DNA from: Verrucomicrobiaceae bacterium
GTDB lineage: Bacteria > Verrucomicrobiota > Verrucomicrobiia > Verrucomicrobiales > Akkermansiaceae
DNA length: 64,000 nucleotides
Assembly (NCBI GenBank): GCA_027491155.1
Contig: JAIXWR010000023.1
Coordinates: forward strand, 74,610-138,609
Direction: 5' to 3'
In this document: piece by piece, positions 16,138 through 25,141 of the stretch
Layout: every line of letters starts with the position of its first letter
How positions within the stretch are numbered: position 1 is the stretch's first letter
Notes under the pieces: model-generated
Told to the model about the DNA's origin: nothing
What the model saw: the letters and a program-made list of their open reading frames with translations, nothing else
The model's database searches: none
Position numbers and translations under genes: made by a program

Positions 16138-18993
16138 CTAGTGGGCCGAGAGGCTCGGCAGCGGAGGCGCGCCGAAGAGCGGGCAGTCGTAGTCGAGGGC
16201 CGGCGTGGAAGGCGGGATGGGCAGGCTTGGCGGGGCCAGCCAGTAAGGGATCCGGCTGCGGAGCTGGTCGCGGTTGTCGGTCAGGCGCAGCAGGGGGCCG
16301 CGGTCCTTCTCCAGTTCCATGGTCGCGCCGCCGGGCACGCTGTGCTTCCAGAGTTCCGGGAAAGCGCCGGTTTTCTGCCGGTAGGCTTCGAGCCGCAGGG
16401 AGGACAATGCGGAGATGCGCCGCCAGGTCAGGCGGCGGTGTTCCTCGCAGAAGCCGAGGATGATCGAGGCCTCGCCCGGCGAGACCGAAACCGACACCCC
16501 GATCTGCGGCGGCAATTCGCCGACCCGGCGCGAGGTGCGCCAGTAGCGGGCGAGGGCCACGGAGGCCGGCGGGTTGGTCGAATGCTGCTCGGCAAGCAAG
16601 CGGCGCACGGTGCGGATCCGCGGGTAGAGGTCGCGCCAGAAGCGGGGATCGAGGGATGCCTGGGCGGCGGCGTCCGAGATCGCGGCGAGACGGGTGCGTT
16701 CGGCCCATGCCGCCACGAGCAGCAGGCCCTCGACCTCCGGATCCGGGACCACGTTGCGGTCGGAAATGCGCTGGTCGAGCCGCGCGAGGTCGGCGGGCTG
16801 GAGCCTCCCGGACGCGGCGGCGCGTTCGATCACGCCGAGCACCCGGAGTTCCACGTTCGCGAGCAGTTCGCGGCGCTCGAGGCTGGTGGCCGGTTCTACG
16901 GCGGAAAGGATGCCGAGCATCGACTCGGCGCGGCTCAAGGCTTGGATGGAATCGCCATCGAGGGCGGCCTGTTCCATTCGTGCGCACTGGACTTCGACCC
17001 ACACGGGCAGGACCTGGGCGCCGATCACGTTGTTGCGGGAAGCGATGTTCGCCTTCTTCCAGTCGAGCTGGTCCAGCCTGCCGCCGATCCGGTGGCGCAC
17101 CAGGGCCGCCGCTTCGCGCGGGCGGTCGAGCATGGCCACCGGCAATCCATCGGGCCCGGTTTCGGTTTCGCCGGCCAGATGGATCATCGCGAGTTCATCC
17201 TCGGGGCTGAGCTTGCGGGTTTCCTTCGGGAAAAGTTTGCGGAACTCGGTGACGTGCTCGGCCGTGCGCACCATGCGGCCGGCATCGCCCAGCACCGGCC
17301 CGAGCAGGACGCCGACCAGCAGCAGCGCGGGCATGGCGCCGGCGGTGAGGAGCAGGGTGCCGCCGGCGAAGCGCGTGGCCACGGCGGGGCGCTTGCGCAT
17401 GACTTCCATCAAGAGGGCCTCGATCTTGCGATGCCAGCCGTCGCTGCCGATGAAGGAGCCTTGTCCTTCCTCCCGGATGCCGCGGAAGATGCGGCGCAAG
17501 GCCTCGGCTTCGTCGGTCACCTCGCCGGCCCAAGGCAGGCGGCGGGCGCCGCGGACGATCTGGATGGTCCTGACGTCCCAAATGACGCCGCCGAACATGG
17601 CCATGGCGATGTAGCGGAGGACCCTGGATTTCAGCACCACCGCGGCGGCGAGGGCCGACAAGGAGGCGGTGACGGTGAAGAAGGGGCGCAGCAGGGGAAG
17701 GTCGCGGAAGACGAGGAGGTCCACCACCTTCCCGCCGTCCATCGGCAGCACCGGCAGCAGGTGGAGCGCGTTGAGGGCGACCGCCATGCCGGCGGCATCG
17801 ATCAGCCACAGCGGGGTATCGGGCGAGAAGTAACCGTAGCCCAGGGTGGCGAGGCCGGCGATCAGCCCGGGCAGCGGGCCGCCGAGGAGGACGACGAGCT
17901 GTTGCCAGGCCGGGGCATGGAGCTTGCGGGCGTGCTCGGTGGCACCGGTGAAGGGGATGAACACCGGGGTGGTCCCGCGGTAGCCGAAGAGGCGCATCGG
18001 CAGCCAGTGGCCGGCCTCGTGCAAGGCCGCGAGGAAGATCACCGTGAGGGCGGTCTGCAGGGGCTGGTCGCGGCCGAACAGGGCGATGAAGAAGGCAATG
18101 GTCGCGAGGAGCTGGACGATGCGCCGCAGGTGATCGAGCGGGCTCGATCGCACCGCGATCAGGGCGCGGTAGCGGGTGAGGTCCTGCTCGACCGCCTGGT
18201 TGAGCGAGAGCCCGACGGCACCGCCGATGCGCTCGACTTCCTCGACCTTGGCCTTGGCCGGTGCGGCGACGTCGCGGCGGGTGCAGGAGCCGAAATAGCG
18301 GCCGCGGAAGAAGTCGCCGAGGATGGGCAGCACGCGCGACGGAAGCCGGGAAATGCGGAGACGGAGGATGTCCGGATCCTGCCTGCTGGGGACGAACTCG
18401 CCGCCCTTCACCAGGGCTTCGTGGCGGGCTTCCTCGTCCGCCGCGAGCATTTCCGTCAGCTTGTCGAGGGCGGGGAGGATGCGGCCGGTTTCGCTGCGGA
18501 CGCGCATGTAGTGGTGCTTCCACTGGGCGGTGACCGTCCCGAAGTAGCGCTGGACATCCTGCCACCAGGCGGGGGGGTGGCGGGTGACCCGGCGGTCGAG
18601 CGTGACGATCAGGGTGCCGTCGCGCAGGGCGGTGAACATCGACAGGGAGACCCGCGGTCCGGCCCCGGAAACGGGCACGGTCCATTCGAGGGTGGAGAAG
18701 GTCTTTTCCTCCTCGTTGGCGAGGATCCAGCGGTAGGCCTCGGCGTAACCGGAGCTTTCAAGGCGGAAGAGCTGCAACTGGCGGAAACCGAAATGGCCCA
18801 TGCGGTTGAGCCAGGGAGCCATCCGGCGCCGGACGTCCGAAGGGACGCTTCCGGAGTCGCAGGGCTGCGCTTTGACCCGGTATTTCCGGACGTTCGCCAG
18901 CGCGATCAGGGCGCAAAGCAAGGGGAGCCCGGTGGCGAACAAAAGCGCCAATAAAGCCAGACCGACCGTCATCCCTGGAAATCCGGAAAACAT
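16138..18993 (-). CDS. Large membrane protein with a central M50 (site-2 protease-like) metalloprotease core
   Basis: 951 aa. It has an HExxH motif in a TM helix (LAALHEAGHWL) and a downstream LLPVLPMDGG motif matching the S2P second metal-ligand motif. About 300 aa precede the core and about 400 aa follow it, and I recognise no family in either. Confidence 0.7.
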   Translation of the reverse strand: MFSGFPGMTVGLALLALLFATGLPLLCALIALANVRKYRVKAQPCDSGSVPSDVRRRMAPWLNRMGHFGFRQLQLFRLESSGYAEAYRWILANEEEKTFSTLEWTVPVSGAGPRVSLSMFTALRDGTLIVTLDRRVTRHPPAWWQDVQRYFGTVTAQWKHHYMRVRSETGRILPALDKLTEMLAADEEARHEALVKGGEFVPSRQDPDILRLRISRLPSRVLPILGDFFRGRYFGSCTRRDVAAPAKAKVEEVERIGGAVGLSLNQAVEQDLTRYRALIAVRSSPLDHLRRIVQLLATIAFFIALFGRDQPLQTALTVIFLAALHEAGHWLPMRLFGYRGTTPVFIPFTGATEHARKLHAPAWQQLVVLLGGPLPGLIAGLATLGYGYFSPDTPLWLIDAAGMAVALNALHLLPVLPMDGGKVVDLLVFRDLPLLRPFFTVTASLSALAAAVVLKSRVLRYIAMAMFGGVIWDVRTIQIVRGARRLPWAGEVTDEAEALRRIFRGIREEGQGSFIGSDGWHRKIEALLMEVMRKRPAVATRFAGGTLLLTAGAMPALLLVGVLLGPVLGDAGRMVRTAEHVTEFRKLFPKETRKLSPEDELAMIHLAGETETGPDGLPVAMLDRPREAAALVRHRIGGRLDQLDWKKANIASRNNVIGAQVLPVWVEVQCARMEQAALDGDSIQALSRAESMLGILSAVEPATSLERRELLANVELRVLGVIERAAASGRLQPADLARLDQRISDRNVVPDPEVEGLLLVAAWAERTRLAAISDAAAQASLDPRFWRDLYPRIRTVRRLLAEQHSTNPPASVALARYWRTSRRVGELPPQIGVSVSVSPGEASIILGFCEEHRRLTWRRISALSSLRLEAYRQKTGAFPELWKHSVPGGATMELEKDRGPLLRLTDNRDQLRSRIPYWLAPPSLPIPPSTPALDYDCPLFGAPPLPSLSAH

Positions 18994-19010
18994 CCGGGCC
19001 GAGTTCTGCT

Positions 19011-19070
19011 CTATTTTTTAGGAAAATCAAGATAGTTTTAAAATGTTCAAAATTTTCTCATAAATTTTCC
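19011..19070 (-). promoter_or_regulatory. Extremely AT-rich block upstream of the M50-like gene
   Basis: 12 G+C in 60 nt (20%) by hand count. It lies between the terminator hairpin at 19135-19166 and the ATG at 18993, so it is probably a promoter or UP-element region. Confidence 0.4.
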
Positions 19071-19134
19071 CTGATCGTCTCGGCTTCTTGGAGACTGCCG
19101 GAGTGGCAGCCCCGGGCTTTCCGCCGGAAACGGA

Positions 19135-19166
19135 GCGGCCCGGACTTCGGGAAAAGTCCGGGCCGC
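19135..19166 (-). terminator. Terminator-like hairpin after the PVC-type dehydrogenase gene
   Basis: GCGGCCCGGACTT / AAGTCCGGGCCGC, a 13-bp stem with a 6-nt loop, 33 nt downstream of the stop at 19199. The U-tract is weak. Confidence 0.45.
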
Positions 19167-19198
19167 CGCGGTGGAGCACTTTTTGTCGGCCGGTGGTG

Positions 19199-22100
19199 TC
19201 AGTGGCCGAGTTCCTTGGCGGTCCAGGGCGTGGTGCGGGTCTTGTTCTTCTCTCGCACTTCCTTGACCTGGGCGGGCGTGACCGGTGCCGCGTCGTTCGA
19301 CCAGGCCTGGCGGACGTAGGTGAGGACGTCGGCGATCTTCTGGTCGTCCAGGTCGACGTGGGGCGGCATGATGTTGTTGTAGTCCTGGCCGGCCACCTTG
19401 ACCGGGCCCTGGAGGCCGTGGATCACGATGCGGATCGGAACCGTGACGTCGCCGGAGACCCACTCCGAGCCGTCGAGCGGCGGGAAGGTGCCGGGGACGC
19501 CCTTGCCTTCCGGTCCGTGGCAAGCCACGCAGGTCAGGCCGTAAACGGCGAGGCCGCGCTCGTGGACGGCGGGATCGGGCTTGAACTTCTTCTCCTTCGG
19601 CGGCGCGACCGGTGCGGGATTGGCGCGTGCGGCAAGGGCGGCGATCATGCCATTCGCCCCGCCGCCGCCGGCGATCTCGGTCAGCGAGACATCGTCGTAA
19701 AGCACGGTGCCGGTGGCCCCGCCATAGCCGCCGAAGAGGCAGTGGATGAGGAGTTCGGAGCGGTCGCCCGAGTCGAATTCCGTCGCGACCTGCGTCCAGT
19801 CGGCGGTGCCTTTCACGCTGTTGGTGCGCTCGCCGCCGTGGATGTTGAGCAGGGCGCCGGGGCCGTTGCCGTTGGGCTTGTGGTCGATGGTTTTGATCCA
19901 GGCCGACAGGCGGTAGCGGGTGCCGCGCTTGACCGGCACGGTGATCGCCGCGCCGCTGTCGGTGGGGCGGGTGGACGAAATCGACAGGCAGGGAGTGCCG
20001 TCGCGGCCTTGCGGCGAGCTGGCGAGCTTCACTTCGCCCGCGCCGGCGCCGCCGTAGGTGCGGAGGTCGGTCCAGCCGCTTGGCTTGCCGTCGGCCACCT
20101 CGGTGAACGAGGGGTTCGGCAGCAGGTTCGGCATGGTCCGGGTGGCTTCCTCTCCGCCGAAGCCGGCCGCCTTGGCAGCGGCGGTGACGCTGGAGGCGTG
20201 GCGGTTCGCGGCGATCTGCCATGAGTCCTTGAGGGTGACGTCGCCGGTGATGCGGGCTTCCTCGGTGGTCAGCAGGTTGAAGAGTGCCTTGCCGACGTCG
20301 GCATCCTCGGGGAGCTGGGACAGGCGGACCAGGGTTTCCGCAAGCTCGCGGTCGCCGGAGACCTTGATCTTTCCGTCAGCGACGTAGGCGTCCTTGACCT
20401 GCTGCGGGGTGGCCACGGCGATGCCGGCGCGTTGCACGGCGCGGACCGGGGAGCCGAGGGCGGTGCTCACGGTGGCGGCGTCGAGCGTGCCGAGCAGGGC
20501 CAGCGCGTGGACGGCGTGGGCGGCACCGCGGGAATCGCCGCCCGCCTTGGCGGCCAGCTTCGCGGTCAGGGACTTGTCGCCGCTTTCCGCGATCAGCCGC
20601 TGGGCGTGGAGGCGCCAGAGCAGGTTCGGGTGATCGAGACCGGCGACCAGGGTGTCCGGCTTGGCGGGATCGAGGCCCGGGTTCGGATCGTCGCTCGTGC
20701 CCTTCGGATAGACCCGGTAAACGCGGCCGTGGTGCTTGTCGCGCAGCGGGGTTTCGTAGGCGTTGCCCTTGCCGTTGCGGGCATCGAGGCCGGAGCCCGC
20801 CTTGTTGGGGGTCGGGTTGTGCTGGATGATCAGGTTGTACCAGTCGCAGATCCAGACCGCGCCGTCGGGGCCGGTTTCGGCGCAGACCGGCCCGGACCAG
20901 GCGTCGGCGCTGTTGTAGAGGTTGTTGAAGTGCTGGACGGCCTTGTAGCCGGCGCCGGTGCGGCTGACATCGAAGATCCCGACGAGCTTGCCGGTGCCTT
21001 CGGTGACAAAGGCCGTCTTCTCGCGCCAAGGAGCCGGGAAGCGCTCGGCGGTGTAGAAGGCGTGGCCGGCACCGGCGGTGTAGCGTTCGAACTGGTCGAC
21101 CTGGCGGATGTCGGTGGAGCTGGGATTGAAGATCGGGTTGTCGTCGGCGCGCGGGGTGCGCGGCGCCTGCAGGCCGGCCGCGGCGTAGGCGGACTGGGGG
21201 GCGGTGAGGTAGAACGACGGGTTGCCGTTGGCGGTCGAGCCCATGATGTCGAAGTCCGACGTGGTGCCGAGGCCCCAGGTGTTGTTGGTGCTGTTCTGGA
21301 GGAACTCGAGCGCCGAGGCGTCGGGCTTGAAGCGGAAGACGCCGGTGGAGAACTGGTGATCCTTGCCGCCGACCGTTCCCTTGAAGCCGGAGTAGCCGAT
21401 GGTGGCGTAGATCCAGCCGTCGTGGCCGTAGCGGAGGTTGGAGACGCCGGCGTGGGTGTCGCCCATGTTGAAGCCGCTGAACATCACCTGGCGGACGTCG
21501 GCCTTGTCGTCGCCGTTGCTGTCCTTGAGGAAGAGCATCTCGGTGCCGTTGGTGCAGATCACGCCGCCGTTGGCGAAGACCAGCGAGGTCGGGATCGAGA
21601 GCTTGTCGGCGAAGGTGGTGAACTTGTCGGCGCGGCCGTCCTTGTCGGTGTCCTCGCAGATGATGATCTTGTCGTTGCCGGTGTTGTTGGCGTGGAGCTC
21701 GTTGGGGTAGTCGGTGGTCTGGATGACGAAGGCGCGGCCCTTGTGGTCCCAGTTGACGAAGATCGGGTTCACGATGTCGGGCTCCGAAGCGAACAACGAG
21801 AGTTCGAAACCGACCGGGACCTGGGCGAGTTTCATCGAGTCCTCGGGCGACAGAGGCTTCTGGGCCTTGGTGATGAGCTGGCGCTTGAGGTAGCCGGGGA
21901 GCTGGACATCCTCCTGCTCGAGCTTCGGCAGCTTGAGGTTCTGGAGCTGCTTGTATTTGTCGGGTCCGACGCTCCAGAAGACGGCGCGCTTGATCAGGTC
22001 GTGGAATTCCGGGAGGTCCCAGACGCGGTGGTCGTGGCCGGCGGCGGTGTAGAAGACGCGGCCCTTGCCCTGCTCGCGGACCCAGGTCCAGGGCTCGGCG

Positions 22101-22675
22101 TCGCGCTTCTCGAGGATGACGCGGTCGTCGCCGTGGTTGTCGTGCACGTAGGTTTCATCCCAAGCCTTGAAGCCGCCGTAGTTCCGCATGATCGGGTGGG
22201 ACGGGTTGGCATTGGTCACCTTGAAAACGCCGTCGGTGTGGCTCTTGAAGCGGCCGCCGACCAGCTTGATGAACTCCGGCGAGCCGCCGAAGCAGGCGGA
22301 CGCGCAGTGGATGGGGAGGAAGGCTCCGCCGCCTTCGACGTAATCGGTCAGGGCCTTGAGCTGGTCTTTCGGCATCGGGCCGTTCTGCTCCCAGTTGCCG
22401 TACATCAGCAGGGCGTCGTATTTCGCGAGGGTCGCGGCATTCAGCGCCTCCGCGGGGTCCTGGGTGTAGGTGAAGTCGATGCCTTCGGTGCCCAGGTGGC
22501 GCTTGATCACCCGGTAGCGGGTGACGGGGTCGTGGCCGGGATGGGCGGCGGTCGGGGCGCCGAAGAAAAGGACTTCGAGCCGCCGCGCCTCGGGCTTCGG
22601 CGTGATCATCGGTTTGGCGAGCAGCGCGCCGAGGGCGGCGAGCGGCAGCAGCAGGGAAAGGCGGAGCACTTGCAT
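19199..22675 (-). CDS. PVC-type multidomain protein: ThuA-like, membrane-bound-dehydrogenase-type beta-propeller, HEAT-like, CBM4/9-like and C-terminal cytochrome c (CxxCH) domains
   Basis: 1158 aa with a signal peptide. The ThuA-like N-terminus reads LEVLFFGAP...LLMYGNWE. The segment LSPEDSMKLAQVPVGFELSLFASEPDIVNPI is typical of the Pirellula/Verrucomicrobium putative membrane-bound dehydrogenase domain. NLLPNPSFTE...GWT matches the start of a CBM. The heme site is CVACHGPEG. Confidence 0.85.
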   Translation of the reverse strand: MQVLRLSLLLPLAALGALLAKPMITPKPEARRLEVLFFGAPTAAHPGHDPVTRYRVIKRHLGTEGIDFTYTQDPAEALNAATLAKYDALLMYGNWEQNGPMPKDQLKALTDYVEGGGAFLPIHCASACFGGSPEFIKLVGGRFKSHTDGVFKVTNANPSHPIMRNYGGFKAWDETYVHDNHGDDRVILEKRDAEPWTWVREQGKGRVFYTAAGHDHRVWDLPEFHDLIKRAVFWSVGPDKYKQLQNLKLPKLEQEDVQLPGYLKRQLITKAQKPLSPEDSMKLAQVPVGFELSLFASEPDIVNPIFVNWDHKGRAFVIQTTDYPNELHANNTGNDKIIICEDTDKDGRADKFTTFADKLSIPTSLVFANGGVICTNGTEMLFLKDSNGDDKADVRQVMFSGFNMGDTHAGVSNLRYGHDGWIYATIGYSGFKGTVGGKDHQFSTGVFRFKPDASALEFLQNSTNNTWGLGTTSDFDIMGSTANGNPSFYLTAPQSAYAAAGLQAPRTPRADDNPIFNPSSTDIRQVDQFERYTAGAGHAFYTAERFPAPWREKTAFVTEGTGKLVGIFDVSRTGAGYKAVQHFNNLYNSADAWSGPVCAETGPDGAVWICDWYNLIIQHNPTPNKAGSGLDARNGKGNAYETPLRDKHHGRVYRVYPKGTSDDPNPGLDPAKPDTLVAGLDHPNLLWRLHAQRLIAESGDKSLTAKLAAKAGGDSRGAAHAVHALALLGTLDAATVSTALGSPVRAVQRAGIAVATPQQVKDAYVADGKIKVSGDRELAETLVRLSQLPEDADVGKALFNLLTTEEARITGDVTLKDSWQIAANRHASSVTAAAKAAGFGGEEATRTMPNLLPNPSFTEVADGKPSGWTDLRTYGGAGAGEVKLASSPQGRDGTPCLSISSTRPTDSGAAITVPVKRGTRYRLSAWIKTIDHKPNGNGPGALLNIHGGERTNSVKGTADWTQVATEFDSGDRSELLIHCLFGGYGGATGTVLYDDVSLTEIAGGGGANGMIAALAARANPAPVAPPKEKKFKPDPAVHERGLAVYGLTCVACHGPEGKGVPGTFPPLDGSEWVSGDVTVPIRIVIHGLQGPVKVAGQDYNNIMPPHVDLDDQKIADVLTYVRQAWSNDAAPVTPAQVKEVREKNKTRTTPWTAKELGH

Positions 22676-22789
22676 GATCTTGGGTGGAAGACGAATCGGT
22701 CTGCCGCTGCCAACGTGAGGCCGGCGGCCGGGTTTTCAAGCTGACGCAGAATCGACGAGAGAGCTTGTAGGATTGCGGGAAGGACTTGT

Positions 22790-23566
22790 ATGTTTTTGCC
22801 AATGGACAGCCTGAACGACCGCCGGCGCTGGATGGAAGATCTGCCGCCGGGCCAATTCCGCCACCTTTTCGACCACCTGCCGGGGACCCTTTTCTTCGTG
22901 AAGGACCGTCAGGGTCGCCTGATGGCGGGGAATCCGGCTTTCGTGAAGCGCTGCGGATTCACCAAGGAAGAGCAGATCGTCGGCCTGGCCGATCACCAGA
23001 TCTTTCCGCCGCGGCTGGCCGAGAAGTACCACCGGGACGACGAGAAGGTGATCACCACCCGCCAGCCGATGCTCGGCCTGATCGAGCTCTTCCCCAATTC
23101 GCAGGGCCGGCCGGAGTGGTTCATCACCGACAAGCTGCCGCTGTTCGACAAGAACGGCGCCGTGTGCGGCTTGTGCGGAACGGTGCGCAGCTATGAAGAG
23201 CAGCGGGCCGCGATCCAGCCCTACCTCGAGCTCGCCGAAGTGGCGGAGCACTTGAAGGCGAACTTCCGCGAGCGGCTGGAGGTGTCCGAGCTGGCGGAGA
23301 TCGCCGGGCTTTCGGTGCGGCAGTTCGAGCGGAAGTTCCGCAAGACCTTCCAGACCACGCCGCGCAGCTACCTGATGCGGATGCGGGTGATCAAGGCCTG
23401 CGAGCTGCTGGCGGGAACCAACCTGCCGATCACCGAGGTGGCGCTGGAGTCCGGCTTCTACGATCACAGCGATTTCTCCCGCCAGTTCCGCAAGCACATG
23501 GGCCAGGCGCCGACCGCCTACCGCCGGGAAAAGCGCGGCAACGGGGTGAAGACGGGCTTGCGGTGA
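22790..23566 (+). CDS. AraC-family transcriptional regulator with N-terminal PAS-like domain
   Basis: PAS-like FFVKDRQGRLMAGNPAFVKRCGFTKEEQIVG and a C-terminal AraC HTH (ALESGFYDHSDFSRQFRKHMGQAPTAYRR). It is divergent from 19199..22675. Confidence 0.85.
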   Translation: MFLPMDSLNDRRRWMEDLPPGQFRHLFDHLPGTLFFVKDRQGRLMAGNPAFVKRCGFTKEEQIVGLADHQIFPPRLAEKYHRDDEKVITTRQPMLGLIELFPNSQGRPEWFITDKLPLFDKNGAVCGLCGTVRSYEEQRAAIQPYLELAEVAEHLKANFRERLEVSELAEIAGLSVRQFERKFRKTFQTTPRSYLMRMRVIKACELLAGTNLPITEVALESGFYDHSDFSRQFRKHMGQAPTAYRREKRGNGVKTGLR

Positions 23567-23607
23567 GCCGCGGAAATCCGGTGGCGGTGGCGAGGATTCC
23601 CGCTTAG

Positions 23608-24417
23608 ATGGCGGGGATGAAATTCTCCGTTCTTCTTGCCGTCGGTCTGCCGTTTGTGGCCCCGCTGTCAGCTGCCGTGAAATCCGGCCACGCCGAAGCC
23701 GAGCTGGTGGCGGGCGTTTCTTCCTATGAGGCGGGAAAAGCTTTCCAAGTGGCGATTCGTCTCACGGTCGATCCCGGCTGGCACACCTACTGGATCAATC
23801 CGGGGATCGGCGGCATGCCGGTGAAGGCGACCTGGACCTTGCCCGAGGGTTGGACCGCGGGCGAACTCCGGCAGCCGGTGCCGAAACGCTTCATGACCGG
23901 CGAGTTGCCCGGCTTCGGCTACGAGGGCGAGACGGTGTTCCTCGTCGATCTCACCCCGCCGGCCGGCGCGACGGGCGAGGCGGAGTGCAAGGTGAAGCTG
24001 GCGTGGCTGACCTGCGACGACAGCGCCTGCGTGCCGGGGGATGCGGAGCTATCGGTGAAGCTGGCGGCGGGGGATGGGAAGCCGGGGAAGGAAGCGGCGG
24101 TGATCGAGGCGGCGAAGAAGAAGATCCCCGTCCCGCCGGCCCAGGATCTTTTGTTCGGAGTGGAGGAGCGCGAGGGTCGGCTGATTCTGTTCGTCTTATC
24201 GAGCGAGGTCGACCTGGCCGGAGTGTCGGCGTTTCCAACGACGCCGGACGTGATCGATCCGGCGGAGCCGCTGACCTTCGAGAAGGGGAAGGATGCTTGG
24301 ATCGCGACGGGCAAAAAGAGCGAATACCTCGACGGTGCCGCCACTCGGTTGGACATCGTCGTGGCCGGCGGGAAGCTCAAGCAGCCGCTGCTCCTTTCAT
24401 GGCGTGCGGAAAAGTGA
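23608..24417 (+). CDS. Exported protein with DsbD N-terminal-like (thiol:disulfide interchange) domain
   Basis: A signal peptide, then GWHTYWINPG...P and WLTCDDSACVPG cysteine motifs characteristic of the DsbD_N/ScsB-type domain. An alternative start lies at 23617. Confidence 0.7.
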   Translation: MAGMKFSVLLAVGLPFVAPLSAAVKSGHAEAELVAGVSSYEAGKAFQVAIRLTVDPGWHTYWINPGIGGMPVKATWTLPEGWTAGELRQPVPKRFMTGELPGFGYEGETVFLVDLTPPAGATGEAECKVKLAWLTCDDSACVPGDAELSVKLAAGDGKPGKEAAVIEAAKKKIPVPPAQDLLFGVEEREGRLILFVLSSEVDLAGVSAFPTTPDVIDPAEPLTFEKGKDAWIATGKKSEYLDGAATRLDIVVAGGKLKQPLLLSWRAEK

Positions 24418-24488
24418 ACGAGCGGATTTCCATTGGACAGCCCGCAACTCCTCGACACGTTGCAGACTCAACCCCTGCCCATCGAACC

Positions 24489-25082
24489 ATGAAACACCAT
24501 ACATTCCTGGGCGCCGTCCTCGGTGCCATCATCTGCAGCGCCACCGCCCATGCGATCGAGCCCGGCCAGGCCGCTCCCGCCTTCACCGTGAAGAACGTGA
24601 AAGGCGAGGAAGTCTCGCTGGCCGACCAGAAGGGCAAGGTGGTGGTCCTCGAGTGGCTCAACCACGACTGCCCCTACGTCAAGAAGCACTACGCCAGCGG
24701 CAACATGCCCAAGCTCCAGGAAGCCTACACCGCCAAGGGCGTGGTGTGGATTTCCATCAACTCCGGCGCGGGCGTGAGCGCTTCCGACCTGGCCGCGCGC
24801 TCGGCCAAGGAAGGCAGCAAGGCCAGCCAGGTCACGGTCGATCCCGACGGCAAGGTCGGCAAGGCCTACGCCGCGAAGACCACGCCGCACATGATCGTCA
24901 TCGGCAAGGATGGCAAGGTCGCCTACAACGGCGCGATCGATTCGATCAATTCGACCGACGCGGCAGACGTGGAGAAGGCCGACAACCACGTGGCCGCGGC
25001 GCTCGACGCACTGCTGGCCGGCAAGACCGTGGAGGTCGCCAAGACCAAGCCCTACGGCTGCGGCGTGAAGTACGCGAAGTGA
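24489..25082 (+). CDS. Exported thioredoxin-fold (redoxin/TlpA-like) protein
   Basis: 197 aa with a signal peptide. It has VVVLEWLNHDCPYVKKHY and a C-terminal KPYGCGVKY. It is the C-terminal third of track ORF 23850..25082. Confidence 0.8.
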   Translation: MKHHTFLGAVLGAIICSATAHAIEPGQAAPAFTVKNVKGEEVSLADQKGKVVVLEWLNHDCPYVKKHYASGNMPKLQEAYTAKGVVWISINSGAGVSASDLAARSAKEGSKASQVTVDPDGKVGKAYAAKTTPHMIVIGKDGKVAYNGAIDSINSTDAADVEKADNHVAAALDALLAGKTVEVAKTKPYGCGVKYAK

Positions 25083-25100
25083 TTCGCGCCTGTTCTGAGA

Positions 25101-25131
25101 GGCCCGCGGGATCCGTCCCGCGGGCCTTTTT
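25101..25131 (+). terminator. Intrinsic terminator (usable by both convergent genes)
   Basis: GGCCCGCGGGA / TCCCGCGGGCC, an 11-bp stem with loop TCCG, followed by TTTTT. Confidence 0.7.
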
Positions 25132-25141
25132 CGTGATCCGG

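Noticed and set aside
16141-18954. 937-aa plus-strand ORF opposite the M50-like gene
   Set aside because: The product is Gly/Ala/Arg/Glu-rich low complexity. The minus-strand frame carries HExxH and LDG motifs in proper TM context. It is a shadow ORF.
20432-22744. 770-aa plus-strand ORF opposite the PVC-type dehydrogenase
   Set aside because: It has the same artefact pattern (Gly/Val/Ala/Asp/Glu-rich). The minus-strand frame has recognisable ThuA, dehydrogenase, CBM and CxxCH modules.
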